Shown piece by piece: positions 11,806 through 24,778 of a stretch of 64,000 nt of DNA; positions within the stretch are counted from its first letter, which is position 1; every line of letters starts with the position of its first letter. The notes below the pieces were generated by a model. It had not been told where the DNA came from and made no database searches. It saw only the letters and a program-made list of their open reading frames with translations. Both the position numbers and the translations under genes were made by a program. The stretch is from Callorhinchus milii (lineage: Eukaryota), in contig NW_024704743.1 of assembly GCF_018977255.1 (NCBI RefSeq), positions 81,222,001 to 81,286,000 on the forward strand, in the 5' to 3' direction.

Positions 11806-13430
11806 ATCCCTTTGTAACTTCCTGCTCCCATCTACACAATTTACTGTGCCTCCTAACTTTGTGTCAGCTGCAAATTTCGAAATTTTAAAACTCTCTATTC
11901 CTTCATCCAAATCACTTATATACATGAAGAAAAGCTGAGGTCCCAGTTCATACCCCTGGGGATCACCACTTGTCACATCCCACCAATCAGAGAATGTTCC
12001 CTTTATCCTTATTCTCTGTTTCCTGCCTCCCACCCCATTACCAAGCTACATCGCAAGGTTACCTCCGATTCCATGCGCTTTTATTTTTACTAATAAGCTC
12101 TTGTGCAGAACCTTACCAAATGCCTTCTGGAAGTCCATGTAGATTACATTCATAGACTCTCTCTTATCCACCATGTTAGTAACCTCCTCAAAAAATTCAA
12201 TTAGATTTGTCAGACATGACCTACCCCTCACAAATTCATGTTGACTCTCGTTGATTAGCTCATACTTGTCCAGTTGCTCAGTCATTCTGTCGCTGATGAG
12301 AGATTTCAGTAACTTCCCCACAAATGAAGTTAAGCTGACAGGTCTGTAGTTACCTGGTTTCTCCCTCCCTCCCTTCTTAAATAATGGAGTGACATTTGCA
12401 ATTCTCCAATCCATGGGCATAATTCCTGAATTTAAACAGCTTTGGAAAATTATGACTAACACATCTGCAATTTCCTCCTCTACTTATTTTAACACCCCAG
12501 GGTGGAATCCATCAGGTCCTGGAGATTTGTTCTATCTTTAGTCCCATTATTTTCTCCATTACCATTTTTAAAATCTATATTGAATCCATTTAGTACTTCT
12601 CTTTGGTTTATTTTTAGGTTCTCTTGTACCGCCGGTGTTTTGTCCGCTTCCTCTACTGTGAAAACAGAAGCAAAGTATTCATTCAACAAGCCTGCCATTT
12701 CCTTATTGTTCATTAGTCTCACCTACATCTGTCTTTAATGGGCCCACATTTCCCTTTACCACTCTCTTTCCGTTAATATATTTATAAAAATCTTTACTGT
12801 TGCTCTTGATGTCCCTTGCAAGTTTTTTCTCATATTCCCTTTTTGCACTTCTTTGTATCTCGTTGTTGCTTTTTATATGTCTCCCTGTCAGACTGTTAAC
12901 TAATTCTGGTTTGTTACTCATCACCAAATCTAGTATGGCATGTTGCCTTGTCAGTTCTAAAACATTGCTCCAGAAAACTATCCTGAATATATTCTAGAAA
13001 TCCGTTGCCTACGTTGAGCTATTCTGCTTCTCTAAGTCTATGTGAAAATTAAAATCTCCCATTACAACCACATTGCTTTTGCTACATGCTTCCCTGATCT
13101 CAATATTTTTACACTCCCCCACTAAATCACGAGAGTCTTGCTTCCTTTGCAGTTCCTTAATTCTCCCGTAGTGTTTCCACGGCCTGATCACTCTTACTGC
13201 AATCCTTTCTTTCTGCTGCTGTAATTGTGTCTTGTATCATTATTGTTACTCCTCTTTTCCCAATTTCCCTTTCTAAAGGTCTTATAGCCTGGTGTACCTG
13301 GACTTCCAAAATGCGTTTCACAAAGTACTATATGGAAAACTCCTTCATAAACTAAAGTCACTGAGTAGCAAGGGCAAGACTTAGACATGGATTTGAAATT
13401 GACTAAAAGGAAGGAAAGCACAGGATAGCT
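11806..13430 (-). mobile_element. Degenerate CR1-clade LINE ORF2 (endonuclease plus RT, with frameshifts and deletions)
   Basis: ORF fragments VVVMGDFNF (APE), WRIANVTPLFKKG...PGNYRPVSLTS, GRSCLTNLIEFFEEVT, YMDFQKAF, FAADTKLGG. Confidence 0.93.
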
Positions 13431-13701
13431 TTTAGCATAGATTTACATAGAATGTACAGCATGGAAACAGGCCATTTGGCCCAACCAGTTGGTGACTGTG
13501 TTTATGCTCCACATGAGTCTCCACCTTCTCCTTACTCCCTCTCACATCCTTCTATTCCCTTGTCTATCATGTGTATATCTAGCTTTCTTTTAAATACATC
13601 TATACTATCTGCTTCAATCGCTGCTTTGGACAACAAGTTCCACATTCTCATTATCTGGACTGGGATCCATCCTGTTCCTTGTATACATTAATGATGCATT
13701 T

Positions 13702-14090
13702 GTGGAGACCTGTAGCTCAGTAGTTAGAGCACTAGCCTCGCAAGCGAGAGGACCTGGGTTCAATTTCCGGGCAGAGCAAAATGTTGGGCAAGTTTCCTTA
13801 CTCCATATGCCTCTGTTTACCTAGCAGTAAGTAAGAACCTGGCTGTTAGTCGACTGGCGGATCGCTTTTCCCGGGATAATAATTCCTTCAAAAAATTTAT
13901 TTTTAAAAAATAATAATTTGGTCACTCAATCCATGACTGTTTGTGGGACACTGCTGTGTGCAATTGGCTGCTGCATTTTGTCCATAAAATATAGAGTCAA
14001 TTCACTTTATAGTATATTCTGTGAAGCGCTTTGAGAATTCTTGAAGATGTGATGAGGCGCTATATAAAATGCAAGGATTATTATTATTAT
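13702..14090 (+). mobile_element. Longer SINE subfamily with an extra CORE-like internal segment
   Basis: Same head as the young SINE plus gcctctgtttacctagcagtaagtaagaacctggctgttagtcgactgg..., which the young copies lack. Confidence 0.88.
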
Positions 14091-14091
14091 C

Positions 14092-14420
14092 ATCTGAATT
14101 CACGGTCCGAGTGTAAGGTAATTAAATTTGCAGGTAACACCAAATAAGCCACGCCTTCCCTTTCCAACTTGGCTTTGGCAGAGACAACGTCAATTACAAA
14201 AGGAACAAATGACGGAAGGAAAATAAAATTTAAGAATAGTTGCACTAGTTTCAGCACAAATTCTCCAGAGGATAAAGGACTATTGGGGGGAAATTTGGAA
14301 TCAGAGAAAGCAACAAACGACTTACAAGGTCTTGCAAAGGGAACTCGATAGGATATGCACATGGGCTGATAAATCGGAAATGAAGTTCAATAAATATAAA
14401 TGCTAGATTCTGCATTATAT
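14092..14420 (+). mobile_element. Old CR1 RT fragment interrupted by a ~137 bp insert
   Basis: ...KVIKFAGNTK | insert 14147-14282 | LGGNLESEKATNDLQ...LDRICTWADKSEMKFN. Confidence 0.75.
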
Positions 14421-15025
14421 AGCTGCTGTAGGCAAATATGTAAACAAAATCAGATGCATGTGATACTGCAGTAATTTGGCTGGAGACAGAATGTATGAGT
14501 TGCATAAACAGACAGCATAGAAATCAATAGAAGTTATGGTCATTTTCAAGGAATCTGGACAGATCTGGTTGCTGCATTTACCAGAATGGTATCTACATGA
14601 AGTTAAACAATGAAGTTAAACAATGCAGCACTTTTCCAGCACTACTTAGTGTCAGTATAAACTATATGAGTTCCAAGTCCCTGATTCAGAGACGAGAGTG
14701 CTACCAACTGAGCTGAATTGTAATTTAATTGTTTTTTTCTTTCACCTACCCACAGAGGAATTAGGGTACATTGGTCCAGTCCATCTTTCAGTTATTCTGT
14801 AACAAAAGAATTATAAAAAATACTAACCTCATCACAGATGGTTCTGAAGATCTTCACTGAATGATATGGACAATTTCCCCAGAGATCAGCCATGACTTCC
14901 CTTTCCAACTTGGGTTTGGCAGAGACAACTTTAATTACAAAAGGAACAAACGACGGAAGGAAAATAAATTTAAGAATAGTTGCACTGGTTTTCAGCACAA
15001 ATTCTCCCGAGGATAAAGGACTATT
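14147..15025 (+). repeat. Local direct duplication (~137 bp) at 14147-14284 and 14888-15025
   Basis: cttccctttccaacttgg...attacaaaaggaacaaa...cagcacaaattctcc...ggataaaggactatt in both copies. Confidence 0.92.
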
Positions 15026-15489
15026 TTTTACAGAAGAAAAATCTAAATTTGTTTCTTTTTTTTGCTTTAAAGATCAAAACTTGCACATGTACTTTGATTG
15101 GGAATGGTCAAGATTTGGATGTTTTCAGAACAATGAAATTCCACCTTGCCTTAACTTGTCGGAACTTTTTGTTCTTAAAATTTAAGATTACCCAGATTCG
15201 TGGAAAATTGTTAAATCTTAATTTGGAAGCATATTCCACACACTTATCTTTTTATAAAAAGAAAAATATAAGCCTGAAAATATATCGACCAAACAAAAGA
15301 GTCATTATAAACTAGTAATAACTTAATTTTGTTCACAAACATATGTGGCAGTGCAGCTAACCATAGGACTGTTCTTGTTCATATGAGATACAGTATTTTC
15401 TCTCTACTGCAATTGTTGAGGCAACCACACTGACATTAGGATATGATCGCCATCTAGTGATGATTGTTATAAACCAAGTTTAAGTGCTG

Positions 15490-15780
15490 TAGCCATGTGT
15501 TGGCTTATTTGAGCGTTCTCTCACCTCTGCGCCAGAAAACCGGGTTTAAGCTCCATGCCATGACTTAAAAGGTCATAGTCTAGGCTGGCATATTGTGCCG
15601 TGTTATGCGATGTGCCGTCATTCAGATGAGACATTAAACTGAGGCCTCGGCTGCCTGCTCAGGTGGACGTTAAAGAACCCTATTCGAAAAGAGAAGGGAG
15701 TTTCTCCCGGTGTTCCGGCTAAAATTCCTCCAAGATAAAATTGGTCATTCAGCTGAAACATAGTTGTTTGTGGGATCACA
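15490..15780 (+). mobile_element. Old DeuSINE-like element
   Basis: gtgccgtcattcagatgagacattaaactgaggcc...ggacgttaaagaaccc...gtttgtggga. Confidence 0.75.
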
Positions 15781-16767
15781 CAAAGAATGGAAGGGGAAGT
15801 GGGAAAAATACTTCTTTACACAGAGAGTGTAGAGTGTGGAATTCTCTGCCACAAACTGATGTTCAAGTAGTGGCCATAAATTTAGGTGTTTCTTACAAAG
15901 GAGAAATAGATTTGCAGTACAGAGAGTGAGCAGGAGAGTGGGATTAGGTTAGACAGAGAAAAAACATCAGCCCATACTTGACATGCCAAATCACTTTTTT
16001 TTGCGTGTACTATAATCCCGATTCTGTTTTAGATTTTAAAGCCTGTGAGGAAATGCCTTCAAATGGTGAGATTTATTATATTATTACTGTATATGTATAT
16101 TTTTCTGGTTGCTTTGGAAACTCTCACATGTCACCAGACCAGGAACGTTTCAGTGCTTTACATTGTCTAAGATATCACAAAGCGATGTACACCAGAAGGT
16201 TGCAGATTTGATCTCTGCGCTCAGAGATAGCTCAGATGGCCTGTCTTAGGCAGGCTGTAGTTGGAGGTCCTCATCTCCTGAAGGGGCTTCAGTCTTCCTG
16301 GGATTCATTTCGATAGTTGTTAGTAGTCTTGCCAAGAGGCCATTCTTCATGTGTCATAAGGTGTTTGGCAGTAACTGTTTGACTGTTGAGGTGATCGCTG
16401 CTTAACCTCAACCAGCTATCATCAATGTCCATACATGTATTTTCTCTAGCATCAGGGTGCGATGGACAATGACCGGGACTGGGAACTCTGACTGAATGTT
16501 CCTCACCAGAAAGGAAAGTGGTTTGCAGCTCTTTATGGTCATTTCCCTTCCCTTGCTCAGCATCCAAACCCATCATTGTGAAGCATTCTGAATCCTAATC
16601 CTACATGAAGGGAACTAGATACAATGCAATACAAAATTACATTTGCAAAGCGCCTTTCACATAGGGAGGACGTCCCAAGACGCTGAATAGTCAGGGATTA
16701 GGACCTGAGCAGGCGGGATGTGGAGCAGGCCGGAGCCTGCTAAGCAGAGGGTTGATATAGCGCCTTT

Positions 16768-18645
16768 CACAACAACAACAACAAGATTCCATTTATTGAG
16801 CGCCTTTCACGTCAGGAGGAAGTCCCAAGGCGCTGTACAGTTGGGTCAGGACCCGAGCAGGGGGGAAATGGTCAGGGTGAGGGGAGGGAAGGGAGGGAGC
16901 GAGGAGGGAGTCGAGAGGGGAGCTGAAGGCACGGCCAAAGAGAAAGGTCTTGAGACCGGCCTTGAAGGAGGAAAGGAGGAGCAAGGCGAAGGCACTGGGG
17001 GATAGAGTTCCAGAGCCTAGGGGCTGAAAGGCTGAAGGCCCAGCCACCGATGGTAGGGCGGTTGGGGCGGGGGATGTGGAGCAGACTGGAACCAGAGGAA
17101 CGGAGGGTACGGGCAGGTAGGTAGGGGGATAGTAGGTCAGAGAGGTAGGAGGGAGCAAGGCCGTGAATGGCCTTGTAGGTGAGGATGAGGATCTTGAATT
17201 CGATCCTCTGGGGGATGGGGAGCCATTGGAGGCGAGCGAGGGTGGGAGTGATGTGGTCGCGAAGCCTGGTGCGGGACAGTACACGAGCTGCAGAGTTCTG
17301 AATGACCTGCAGCTTGTGGAGGGAGGTGCCGGGAAGGCCGGCGAGGAGAGAGTTCCCATAGTCCAGCCTTGAGGTGATAAAGGCGTGGACCAGAGTTTCA
17401 GCAGCGTGAGGGGTGAGGTAGTGCCTTAGTCTGGCGACGTTCCAGAGGTGATGGAAGGCGGTACCAGTCGTGGCGCGGATGTGAGGGAGAAAGGACAGCT
17501 CAGGGTCGAACAGAACCCCAAGGTTCCTGACCGGCTTTGAGAGGTGGAGAGTGCAGCCTTGGATGCTGATGCTGTCAGCGCCTGAGGTGCGGAGGCGCTG
17601 ACGTGAGCCAATCAGGAGGGCCTCAGTTTTGCGCACGTTGAGCTGGAGAAAGTTATCTCTCGTCCAGGACTCGATGTCGGACAGGCAGGCTGTCAGGACA
17701 TCGGTGGTCGTGGAGTTGAGGGTAGAGGAGGAAAGGTAGAGTTGGGTGTCATCCGCATACATGTGGAAGTTAACCCCATGTCTGCGGATGATGTCACCAA
17801 GGGGGAGCATATAGAGGGTGAAGAGGAGGGGACCGAGGACAGAGCCCTGAGGGACACCGCACGAGACAGTGCGGGGGCCGGAGAAAAAACCATTAGTGGA
17901 GACAAAGTGAAGATGGTGGGAGAGGTAAGACCTAAACCACTCAAGGACAGGGCCTTGAAGGTTTAGGTGGGAGGACAAGCGGTGGAGGAGGATAGCGTGG
18001 TCGACCGTATCGAATGCTGCCGATAGGTCGAGGAGGACGAGGAGGCAGAGGGAGCCCTGGTCACAGATGGTCAGGATGTCATTGGTGACCTTGACCAGGG
18101 CAGTTTCTGTGCTATGGGCAGCACGGAAACCTGACTGAAGGGGTTCGAATAATGAATGGTTGGAGAGGAAAGAGCGCAGCTGGGAGGCGACAACTCGTTC
18201 CAGGACCTTGGACAGGAAGGGGAGGTTGGAGATGGGCCGGTAGCTTGATAGCTGCGACGCATCAAGGGAGGGTTTTTTCAAGGTGGGAGTGATGATGGCA
18301 GTTTTTAAGGGAATGGGAACAGAGCCAGAGGAGAGGGACAGGTTGACGATGTCTGTGATATGTGGGGCAAGGAGGTGGAGCTGAGAGATAAGGAGTGGAG
18401 TGGGGATGGGGTCAAGGGAGCAGGTGGTGGGTTTCAGGGATAGGATGAGTTTGGTGACAGAGGGTGGGGAAACGGGTACGAAAGTGTGTAGGGGAGGATG
18501 GGTAGGAGTCGGAGTGTGGGAGGGAAGGGGTGGGGGGTGGTGGATGTTGGAGGGGAAGTGACCGCGGAGAGAATTCCCTTGATTTTGGATTCAAGGAAAT
18601 CCAGCATCTCCTCGCAGTGAAGGTTGGAGGAGATGACCTGCACGG
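16768..18645 (-). mobile_element. L2-clade LINE, 5'-truncated, RT domain largely open
   Basis: ORF 16872-18281 has [56 protein letters not shown] and YADDTQLY. The frame continues upstream (TCSLDPIP). Frameshift near 16975. 3' hairpin and (TTG)n tail. Confidence 0.96.
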
Positions 18646-18649
18646 GGTG

Positions 18650-21320
18650 GCGGGGGGGAGGACGACCCAAGGAGCTGGACAGTCAATACTTCGGATCCGA
18701 GCTGGGGGTCAAATTGGGGAGTGTGGAGGGCAGGGCGGGAAGCAGGGCGGTTGTAGAGGAGGGTCTTGAGATGGGTCTTGAAGGAGGCAAGGAGGGGGCG
18801 AGGTGGAGGGACTGCGGGATGGAGTTCCAGAGGGTGGGGGCAAACTGGCAGAAGGCCCGCCAGCCAATGGTGGGCTGGGCAAGGCGGGGAACGTGAAGAA
18901 TGCCAGAGCCCACTGAGCGGAGGGAGCGGGCAGGATGGTAGGGGATTTGGAGACCGCAAAGGGAGCAAGACCATGGAGGGCTTTGATGGTGAGGACCAGG
19001 ATCTTGAACTGTATCCTCTGTGTGATGGGGTTAATAGGGTCACGGAGCCTGATGCGGAAGAAGACACAGACTGCAGAGTTCTGGATGATCTGCAACCTTT
19101 GGAAGGAGGAAATTGGGAGGCCGACAAGCAGAGTGGATCATGGCACAGATATCGGGTAGAAAGGATAGTTGAGGATCAAACAAGATGCCAAGGTTCCGGA
19201 TGGCTTAGTGAGGTGGAGTGAGCAACCATGGATGGTGATGCTGTCAGCACCTGAGGTGTGGAGGCGTTGACGGGAGCCAATCAGGAGAGCCTCGGTCTTG
19301 TTGACGTTCAACTGAAGAAAGTTAGCTCTCATCAGGACTTGATGTCTGACAGACATTCTGTCAGGACAGCAGTGATAAGGCGTTAGCAGGTCGGAGAGGT
19401 AGGAGGAGACAAGGCCATGGAGGGCCTTGAAGGTGAGGATAAAAAAATTTAACTTGATCCTCTGAGAGATGGGGAACCAGTGGAGCCGGGCAAGGGTGGA
19501 TGTGATTGGATGACGGAGCCGGTCCGGGAGAGGACACAAGCTGCAGAGTGAGGCAGTGGCGGAGTTGGGCAATGTTGCGTAAGTGGGGGAAGGCAGAACG
19601 GGTCATGGCATGGATGTGGGGGAGAAAGGACAGTTGAGGGTCGAACAAGACACCTGACTGGCTTGATGAGGTGGAGTGTGCAACCATGGATGCTGATGCT
19701 GCCAGTGCCTGAGGTGCGGAGGCGCTGGCGTGAGCCAATCAGGAGGGCCTCGGTCTTGCTGATGTTCAGTTGTAGAAAGTCGGTTCTCATCCAGGACTTG
19801 ATGTCTGACAGACATTCTGTCAGGACATCAGTGGTTCTGGAGTTGAGGGTGGAGGCAGAGAGATAGAGTTGGGTGTCATCCGCATGCATATGGAAGTTGA
19901 CGTTGTGGAAAGTGTGGGAATGTTGTTCATCTTTGGGCAATGTTGTTCATCTTTGGGCAATCGCAAAAGTTACAGAATAAGCAAAGGCAATGAGACAAAA
20001 CATGTTTTCGCATTTGGTGTAAGCTCAGCTTTGTTTTGGTTTGCAACTATCAATGTATATGTTATTGTACATATACATTGTACACAAATGTACAATTCGC
20101 CCACAAATATACAGTCAATTCACTTTACAGTCTATTCTGTGAAGCGCTTTGGGACGTCCTCCCAACGTGAAAAGCGCTATATCAAATGCAAGGATTATTA
20201 TTATTATTATTATTGTGCTAAGGAACCCGGGACCCATGTCTCTTTTTCTGAAAGAAACAGACATCCAATTATGGGAAAATGGAACCTGTATAAAAGTCAG
20301 ATGTTGTTTTTCTCTGGTGTGCAGTGTGGGGAGCAGTATCTTGAGAGAGTTGTTGCTACCGCTCTGCACCTCATATATGAAATAAAGCGTTTTTTGGATG
20401 TTTACCGCACTGACTCCGTGTTGAGTTTTTCAGGTCTTTAAGACCAATCGCACATCGCAATCTGGATTTTAACAACGTCTGCGGATGATATCACCAAGAG
20501 GGAGCATGTACAGGTTGAAGAGAAGAAGACCGAGGACAGAGCCCTGAAGAACACGAGACTGCATGGGGGCTGGAAGAGAAGTTATTTGTGGAAGCAAAGT
20601 GGAGCCGGTGTGAGATATAGAATCTGAACCAATCGAGGATAGAACCTTGAAGGTTAAGGTGAGAGGAGAGGCTGTGGAGGAGGATAGAGTGGTTCACATT
20701 GACAAAGGCAGCAGAGAGGTCGAGGAGGACGAGGAGACAGAGCGAGCCCTGGTCACAGATGAACAGAATGGCATTTGTCACCTTGACCAAGAATGTTTCC
20801 GTGGTGTGGGCACCACGGAAACCCGATTGTAAAGGGAGTGACAGGAGAGGAAAGATTTGGGTTTTGCCCACGATTTGGGTTTTGCCTAGTAGTTAGTGTT
20901 AAGGACCAGACTGATCTCTCTCTCTAGCCTATGCATATTGATGTCAATTATGACTCCCAACTTCCACTGCCCCCAAGGTCAACTAACGCAGCTCAATCAG
21001 CAACACAACAGGGACTTTTCTTGCCTGTATGTCTTAATCCCACAGGACAAAAACAACAACAAATTACATTTGTATAGCGCCTTTCATGTCGGGAGGACGT
21101 CCCAAGGAGCTGGACAGTCAGGGATCTGCACTCGGACTGGTGATTGGGATCGGGGGGGTGGAGTGCGGGGAGGGTAGGGGTAGGGGGCTGACCGAAGGCA
21201 TGGTCGAAGAGGAGGCTCTTGAGATGGGTCTTGAAGGAGGCAAGGGAGTGGGTGAGATGGAGGGACTGTGGGATGGACTTCCAGAGGGTGGGGGCAGAGA
21301 AGCTGAAGGCCCAAGATGAG
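18650..21320 (-). mobile_element. Cluster of rearranged L2 fragments (18650-19130, 19140-19905, 20476-20830, 21052-21320) with a truncated + strand SINE at 20096-20214
   Basis: Repeated L2 peptides ([38 protein letters not shown]) and L2 tails. Confidence 0.9.
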
Positions 21321-24300
21321 GGTAGTCCAAGCTCATGAGGGATAAAATTCCACAAGGGCCTAGATTTACTCTATTTACATAGCATCTCAGAGCGTCCAGA
21401 GCTTGGCAAATTGTTAAATAGAATCTTTTAATTTGAAGTCCACTTTCTGTAAGTTCTTTTAAGACCAGCAGGGGGTACTATTGATACAAACGTCAGAACA
21501 TTGTCAGATTTTCACTCGAAAATCAAATCAATCCTTTTGGCCTATTCCCGCAGTCATTCTGCTAGTTTTCCTTGCTGCATACCTGGAGTGTGTTAGTACA
21601 TAGGAAACGCCAGAGCTAAGATAAAGCATTCTGCAGAGAGAAGCTCATCTCTTCAGCACATAACACTCTCATCAAGACATTGAATTATACTGTATTTAGA
21701 GGGAGTATTACCTTTTACAGTGCTCATTGTCTCTATCTTCTCTAGCACCAAGGTTACTTTATTCTCTGCTTAAGGCTGTCATGAAACATCAGCACTATGT
21801 TTATTAGACTTTAAAAATGTATAGGGGTGAAATTTGCATCATTTCATAATGTAGTTTGTGTAATAGTTATCACAATGTGAACCCGTGAGAAAACAGCACT
21901 AGTTTGACACTGTTTGATAATAACCCCTCCCTCTGCTCACTTTCTTGCAGATATTCATAAACATTTGCTATCATCTTGGATTCTCATCCTTTATTAATCC
22001 TTTTATCTGATGTATTTGATTTAGCCTCTTTACACTTCTTCAAGTCGTCTTATGATGTTTCACAAGATTTTACAGACAAGTGTAGTGACTGTGTATTGAC
22101 TGTGTATTTGGACAGGCAGACCAATAATGGCACCTCTGACAATACAGCCCCTCCTCGCCCCCACACCCCGCAAAACTGTATTGGAGTGTTAGCCTGGAAT
22201 CCCCAGATATACGTACAATTGCATTATGAGCTGATGTCCAAAGCCATGAGAAAGAAACACCCAGTTTCAGAAAAGAGCCCAGCCAAAGATCTGCAAACTA
22301 AAAGAAAACACTTCTCATTCTTTTAATTTCTGGATGTATTTTTCGACAAAAAAAACCGAAGGAATAAGCTCATGTCAGGCTTTTTCCTGGAGTGTTACTC
22401 CAACATCAGAAGCAATCGCATTTCTTGTATCAGCAATCCAATTATCACACATTCCTTCCTATAATTTCCTCCCCACCTTTAAGCTCCCTGCCTCCTTCAC
22501 TGCTCACTTTCTGCCCTCAGACACAAGATGAGATGGCTGAGGCTGGGGAGACCAATGGAGGATGAATAGGGAAGAAAGTAATGAATATGTTACAGCAGAG
22601 CACGATTTATGAGTCGCTTTTGTAAAATCATTTTCATTTGGGGAAATTTAATTCACAAAGGTTTCCTTAATATGGAACCTAAACATTCAGAAAAGAGGTC
22701 AATAATACATCCATGCAGAGAACTTGCTGCTTCCTATATGACCCTTTGTTTAAATCAACTATGTATGTCTATACAATTGTGTATAAGTGTTTACCACCAA
22801 CACTCTGCTCACTGGAATCCCCAGCTCTACACAAGCTGCAGACTATACAGAACTTTGCAGCGGGTGTCCTTTCCCACACCACGCTTCACAAGTCTATCAC
22901 CCTCTTCCTTGCCTGGTTCCACTGGCAATTCATCCTCCAGAGGATCGAATTCAACTTCCATGACTTTTAAATCCCTCCACAGCCTTGCGCCACCTGGCCT
23001 GCTTCATGTCTCCTTCCCAGTCTGATAAGCCAGCCTACCTGTAGTGCCCTGGAGTACTGCGGACCCGCCTGGCTCAGGAACAGGATTACTGAGACTGCTA
23101 CAGAGGGTGGATTCAATTCCAACATATCATCTTGAAGCCATTTATTATTTTTAAGTGGTTCTAGTACATTAGATGCAGTCAGTGCAATACTGAGTAATAA
23201 AAAGAATACATCTGCTGATCTTCTAACTCAGTGGTCCAGTGGGTAAAGGTGCCAATTAGTGTACCATTGAAACATGCAAAACAGAAGGTCACAGTTTCAA
23301 TTGAAGGTCTGTTCTGACTTAACTGTTGGTCCAGCTGAGATCAGCTAAAGACTGGTCTCAGGATCCAAGATGCTGAGGGTTTTAGTCTGTAGTAACTCTA
23401 CCCCTTCTTGTAACCTTTTGGAGTTGCTGATTACTCTCTGTACAAAGAAATATTTCCTGGTGTCTATCCTAACCTTGCCCTTCCCAAACCTAATCCTGTG
23501 CTTTCTTCTTCTGCCGATTTAAAATATCTGAAACAATTGTCCTGGCATTACCGGTTTTCTTTATCCTATTAAGCACCTTATATTCCAAGCTTAACTAAGC
23601 AGTAAAAGGTGACACAAGTATTTTACTGAGTTGGGGAATGTCAGCGAAAGTGTGGGAGTGAAATAAGCGATGACAATACGTTGGGAAGAGGGGGAAGGTT
23701 CTCAGTGTGCTACTATGATACTATGGTGACAGTGTACATCCTGGTGGAAGAAGTTTTTATTTAGTACAATACACTTTCTTAAAGTTAGCCACTCGCACTG
23801 ATAGACATGCCGGGGGAGCTATTGTACAGCTTTTCTTACTATTTGTTCTCTTATTGTGCTGCTGGTTCCTTATCCAGGTTGATCAATTTATAATTGGACA
23901 ACAGGGCCAATGTTGTAAACTCGAGGAATTCTTATGAGCTATATTTGGCTGTGCTCTGTGTTTGTTAAAGTGATCCATGTAGATTGGAGCTATTTTACAA
24001 GAAAGCTGCTAGTGAATAAACTCACAGGAATTTGTTTTTCCAAATCTGCAAACATTTACTAAAGTTATAAAGTGTTTCTTCCACCTACATGAACACTACT
24101 GTTACAGCATTTCACAATTCGACACATTTATTTTATGTTGTTGTCAGATGTGACTAAAAAACGATGTGGAATTCATAAAATCTACAACAGAGAATAACAA
24201 AACATACATTTGAAATATTTTCCGAACACTCTTCTGTATATTTTCAAGTCAGTGCCAACTCTACTAAATTTAGGTTTAGTTCTGCTACATCTTGGATTAA

Positions 24301-24397
24301 TTTGCTAAAGATAACAATGAACATATTAGATTCAGACCACTTATACATAAAAGATGTTGACATTTTTTTCATCATTAAACTACTCTTTGAAAAATCT

Positions 24398-24778
24398 ACA
24401 ACAACAACAACTTGGATTTATGTAGCGCCCTCCACACCGGACGGCGTCTCAGAGCGCTTCACAGTAACGGATCCCGGGGCCGAGGGAGGGGGAGGAAGGT
24501 GACCAAAGACGTGGTTGAAAAGAAAGGTTTTCAGCCGAGATCTAAAAATAGGAAGAGAGGGGTGAGGCGAATGGAGTGAGGAAGGGAGTTCCAGAGCCTC
24601 GGGGCATGGTGGCTGAAGGCACAGCCGCCAAGGGTGGAGCGGAGGACTCGGGGGACAAGGAGGAGGCCAGATCTGGTGGAACAAAGGCAACGGGCACGGT
24701 TGTGAGGAGAGAGGAGGTCAGAGAGGTAGGGGGGTTCGGAGGAGTGGAGGGATTTGAAGACAAGGGTGAGGATCTTGT
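24398..24778 (-). mobile_element. L2 3' fragment (divergent subfamily)
   Basis: KILTLVFKSLH...PPYLSDLL...APRLWNSLP and an aacaacaac tail. Confidence 0.88.

Noticed and set aside
14155..14200. PFQLGF resemblance to the mitochondrial COX2 N-terminus (NUMT)
   Set aside because: The similarity stops after about six residues and no other mtDNA-like sequence is nearby.
19869..20441. 190-aa plus-strand ORF
   Set aside because: A mosaic of antisense L2, unique DNA and a SINE tail (KDYYYYYY comes from (ATT)n).
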